A stretch of 64,000 nucleotides of DNA from Vicugna vicugna (taxonomy: Eukaryota), in the NCBI GenBank assembly GCA_013265495.1, contig MU057398.1, forward strand, positions 124,001 through 188,000, written 5' to 3'. Positions 60,671-64,000 of the stretch are shown here, one piece after another. The notes beneath the pieces were generated by a model. It was not told where the DNA came from. It ran no database searches and saw nothing but the letters and a program-made list of their open reading frames with translations. Within the stretch, counting starts at the first letter, position 1, and every line of letters begins with the position of its first letter. A program made the translations under genes and the position numbers.

Positions 60671-61248
60671 CAGCACTTCTTCCCCTGGCCATCAGCTGTG
60701 TTAAGAAATCACTTGAGTCCCCCCTCCCACCCCTGGGAAAGGAAGGCATCCTCCCTTTCAGTCAGGATTTCTTCTGTGAGTGGGAGGAGGAGGAAGGGCA
60801 AACAGCTCAGGGGCGGAAAAACCAGGAAATCCAGGACCCCCAGCCGACCTAGGTCCTGGCTGCCTGCCTCCTGGTGGGGCGGAAAGCCAGCAGAGGGACC
60901 CTCCTGCTTTCCAGAGGTTTCCCAGCGGGGTTGAGGGGGTGGGCGGAGGTGGATGGCTCTCCTCAGTGCTGTGGGGAGAGAAGTCTGGCCTGGCCAGCAC
61001 CAGCCCCCTCACCACTTCCCCAGTGCCAACACTTTGCAGCTGATGGGCTGGCTCCCTGCTGGTCCCCTGCAGCCTCCAACACCCACCTCCAGGTCAAGTC
61101 TGTCCCCCAAAGCCTGCAGGAGCACAGGACCCAGCTCCGTCCAGTTATCCCAGCAGCGCCAGGGCTGCGGCAGGAAGGAGCCGCCCTGGCCAGCCAGGCT
61201 TGGGGCTGGAGGGCGTGTGAAGGCAATGGCGGCAGGCTCAGGGGGGCG

Positions 61249-61376
61249 NNNNNNNNNNNNNNNNNNNNNNNNNNNNNNNNNNNNNNNNNNNNNNNNNNNN
61301 NNNNNNNNNNNNNNNNNNNNNNNNNNNNNNNNNNNNNNNNNNNNNNNNNNNNNNNNNNNNNNNNNNNNNNNNNNNN
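61249..61376. other. Assembly gap (128 N)
   Basis: Run of n characters. Confidence 1.
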
Positions 61377-64000
61377 GGGGGTGGGGGAGGCTGGCGGGCT
61401 GGGGCCTGGGGGTGGGCAGTGGGGAGTAGCCAGCGTCAGCCTGTGGGGCGGAGCTCTGGGCTGCGCCCCTGCCTCCAGCCTGCTAGTCAAAGCTGGGCCT
61501 GGAAGGCTTTGGTGGACAGAAGGGAGGGAGGAAGGGCACCCTGCAGTCCTGGGGACTGGCAGGGCTGGGTGGAAGATGGCATGTATGTCCGAGTTCAGGT
61601 AGGGTTGCTCCGTGGGGCCAGACACCCAGGCTGAGACTGCCGGACAGCATCCAGCGTCTGCGACTTGGCAGCTGCAGGCCACACATCAGCAGGCGAGTGC
61701 CCAGGGCCTGCCAGACCTCAAGTCCCGCCGCCCTTGGCCTGGCCTGAATGCCTGGCCCCTCTGCGTTCTCAGGGGCTGCCAGGGTGTCTTGTTTGGCTGT
61801 GCCCTGGAGCCATCCCACTCAGAGGACTGGCTGGTTTTCAAAGGGCTAAACAAGGAAGGCCCTATTGGGTGTGCGGTGCAGGCTCCAGGAAGCCCAGCCG
61901 CTTCTTTCCCTCACACCTGTGGGCGCCAGCCTGAGGCCGCACCGCCATGACCACTTCTTTCCTTTGCTCTGAGGAGGTGGGGCCCATCGAACTCAGAGAA
62001 CGCTTTGTGGGGCTCGAGGCTCTCCTTGAAGCCCTTGGGGCCATGCCCAGGGAGGCTGATGAAGGGAAACAGGCTCACTGGCTTGAGGAGCGTGGGGAGG
62101 AGGGCCTCGGGGGGGCGCGCCATGGGTCTCACAGCACCCATCTCTGGAGGGCTCCTACATGTGTGTGCATGGCGGGGCCCCAGTGCGAGGAGGTGGGGGG
62201 AGGCCGGGCTGAGTTATCCGCAGCCCCTACCCCAACCACCACCCACCTCAGATTCCTCCCCCAGGCTCCCTGTGCCACCCGCGCTCAGTCAACCAGCCAG
62301 CCACCTCGAGACCCCCATCGCCCCCCTGCTGGGTCAGGAGCTCCGTGGCTGAGGCCTGAAAGCCCAGGGCCTGGAGTCGCCTGAGCTGGGCTCCAAGTCT
62401 CAGGCTGAGTGACTCAGGGAAAGTTGGTTCTTCTCTCTAGGCAGCCCTTTTCTCTTCCATAAAATATAGATAACCAATTGTGTGGAAATAAGGAGCCTTC
62501 CTCCAGAGCGCCCCTTCACGGCCCCTCCCTGGCTCCTTCCAGCTCTGTGGCGGTCTCTTGCCGCCTCCTGTGTGCTGGGTGTCAAGCCACCACTACCCCT
62601 GTCCTCTCCCACCCAGCTCTGGCCACTGAGTCCAGTGCCAGCTCTCCAAGGGCAAGCAGGGGCTGTGCTGGAAGGCCCGCTAGTCTGCACAGCGCCTGCG
62701 CCCAGCCAGGAGCCAGGGAGAACCAGCCAGACCTTGTCCTCTGCTCTGTCACGGGGCCCTGGTATAGGGCCGCCAAGCCCTCCGCCTCCTTCCCCCTCAG
62801 ACTGAGCTGGCACTGGAGCCCGCCCTTCCCAGCGCCCCTTCCTCAGCTTCTGCAGGGGCCCCGGATGCAGTGATGCAGCAACAGCAGGCACAGCTGCTTT
62901 GAGCTGGTTCACCTCCTCTAGAGCCTCCATCCCCCCAGGGAGGGTCCCATGAGCCTCTGGGGGCCCTAGTACCTAGTCTTGCCGTGGCTGGCCTTCCCAG
63001 CACCTATCCACCCTCTCCCATGCTGGAGGGGCCAGAGGCCCGGCGGAGGTTCCTGGCGGAGGCCCACAGCCCTCCCCAGTCACACCAGGCTGGAAGAGAC
63101 CTGTTTGCACCCGTGTCTCCCCACACCCTCCCCTGAGCCTGGCCAGACCACCCCACCCCACCCCTACCTGCCCAGGTGGACAGTGGCTCCCAGAACCTTC
63201 CAAGGCTCCCACTTGGCGTTCCAGGCCTGACTCATTCCCGCTGTGAGGCAGCGGCTTTGGCAGGGGTGCCGGCAAGGGGGCACAGTCTCCTCCCTCTCCT
63301 GCTCCATCTCACCCTCCTGCCTTTGTCCTCCCCTTCCTGTTCTCCCTGCTGCTCTTCCTCCTCCCAGCCCTGGGTGTCCAGTGGCACCTGGGCAAGGGGC
63401 GTGCGCAGCAGCAGCGAGCTTGGGAGGCCTAGGCCCGCCCTGCTTTGCCTTGGGGTTTGCAAACTCGTGGGAAGAAGGAGGTACCCGCAGTCCAGGTAGG
63501 CAAGCCTTCTCCCCAGTCTGTGCCATGGCCCTCTGGGGGCTCCCCAGGGTCCTGCCCAAGGTCCAGCTGGGGCTGGCAGGACCTGGTGTGTGATCATAGG
63601 GTCTTAACACTGGAAGGAGCCAGGGAAGCTGGGTGCTCCCCCAGCCTGAGGGCTCCCCACTTGGCTTTGTCACCTGGGGCAGGCAGGCGGCTTTTCTGAG
63701 CCTGTCCCTGGGAGCTCTGGGGCTGACTCCACAGCCAAGACGGCTGAATCACATCCTGGGCTCCCCAGGCTCAGCCTGCCAAGCACACAGAAGCCCCGGT
63801 GACCAGAAAGGCTGCTCTGGTCCCTCACGCTGGCAGCTGCAGCTCCGTCCTCAGGTGGGTGGGAGCTAGGACAGGCCACGTGACCGGCTTAGGGGTGCCT
63901 AAGCGAGGCAAGAAGGGGCAGCGAGGGGGGATCAATGGGAACCCGAGGCACAGAGCTGTGGTGCCCAGGTCTGGAGGTGGCAACAGGCCCCCAGCCTGCT

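Noticed and set aside
60874..61682. ORFs spanning the N run
   Set aside because: Artefacts of translating through the assembly gap
55466..64000. BGN coding exon 2
   Set aside because: No biglycan signal-peptide exon seen; it is expected just beyond the window
1..64000. CRISPR arrays, tRNA/rRNA genes or prokaryotic systems
   Set aside because: Sequence is intron-containing mammalian DNA; no repeat-spacer array or structured RNA gene recognised

Overview
This is mammalian (eutherian) genomic DNA syntenic to human Xq28. Gene order: TREX2 (minus strand, 236 aa), HAUS7 (minus strand, 10 coding exons), an ECM2-like leucine-rich-repeat gene (plus strand, 9 coding exons), and the promoter, non-coding exon 1 and intron 1 of BGN (plus strand; coding exons lie beyond the window). 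The ECM2-like gene occupies the position of the ECMX locus, which I recall being annotated as the pseudogene ECMXP in human. It is the main finding. It has a signal peptide, seven LRR-region exons that splice in frame with GT-AG ends and no stops, a stop codon and a polyA signal. The only frame break maps to a C9 homopolymer in coding exon 1; removing one C gives a 599-aa secreted SLRP-like protein. Other points: a possible 2-nt frameshift in the last HAUS7 exon, no canonical HAUS7 polyA signal before the TREX2 promoter, an orphan CpG island, and an MCAT+CArG motif cluster. Repeats are old L1, L2, MIR, MLT1, MER63-like and ERV-LTR fragments, and there is one 128-N gap. Exon models were read by hand from splice sites and phases. 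Homology calls rest on recalled protein and repeat sequences, not on database searches.
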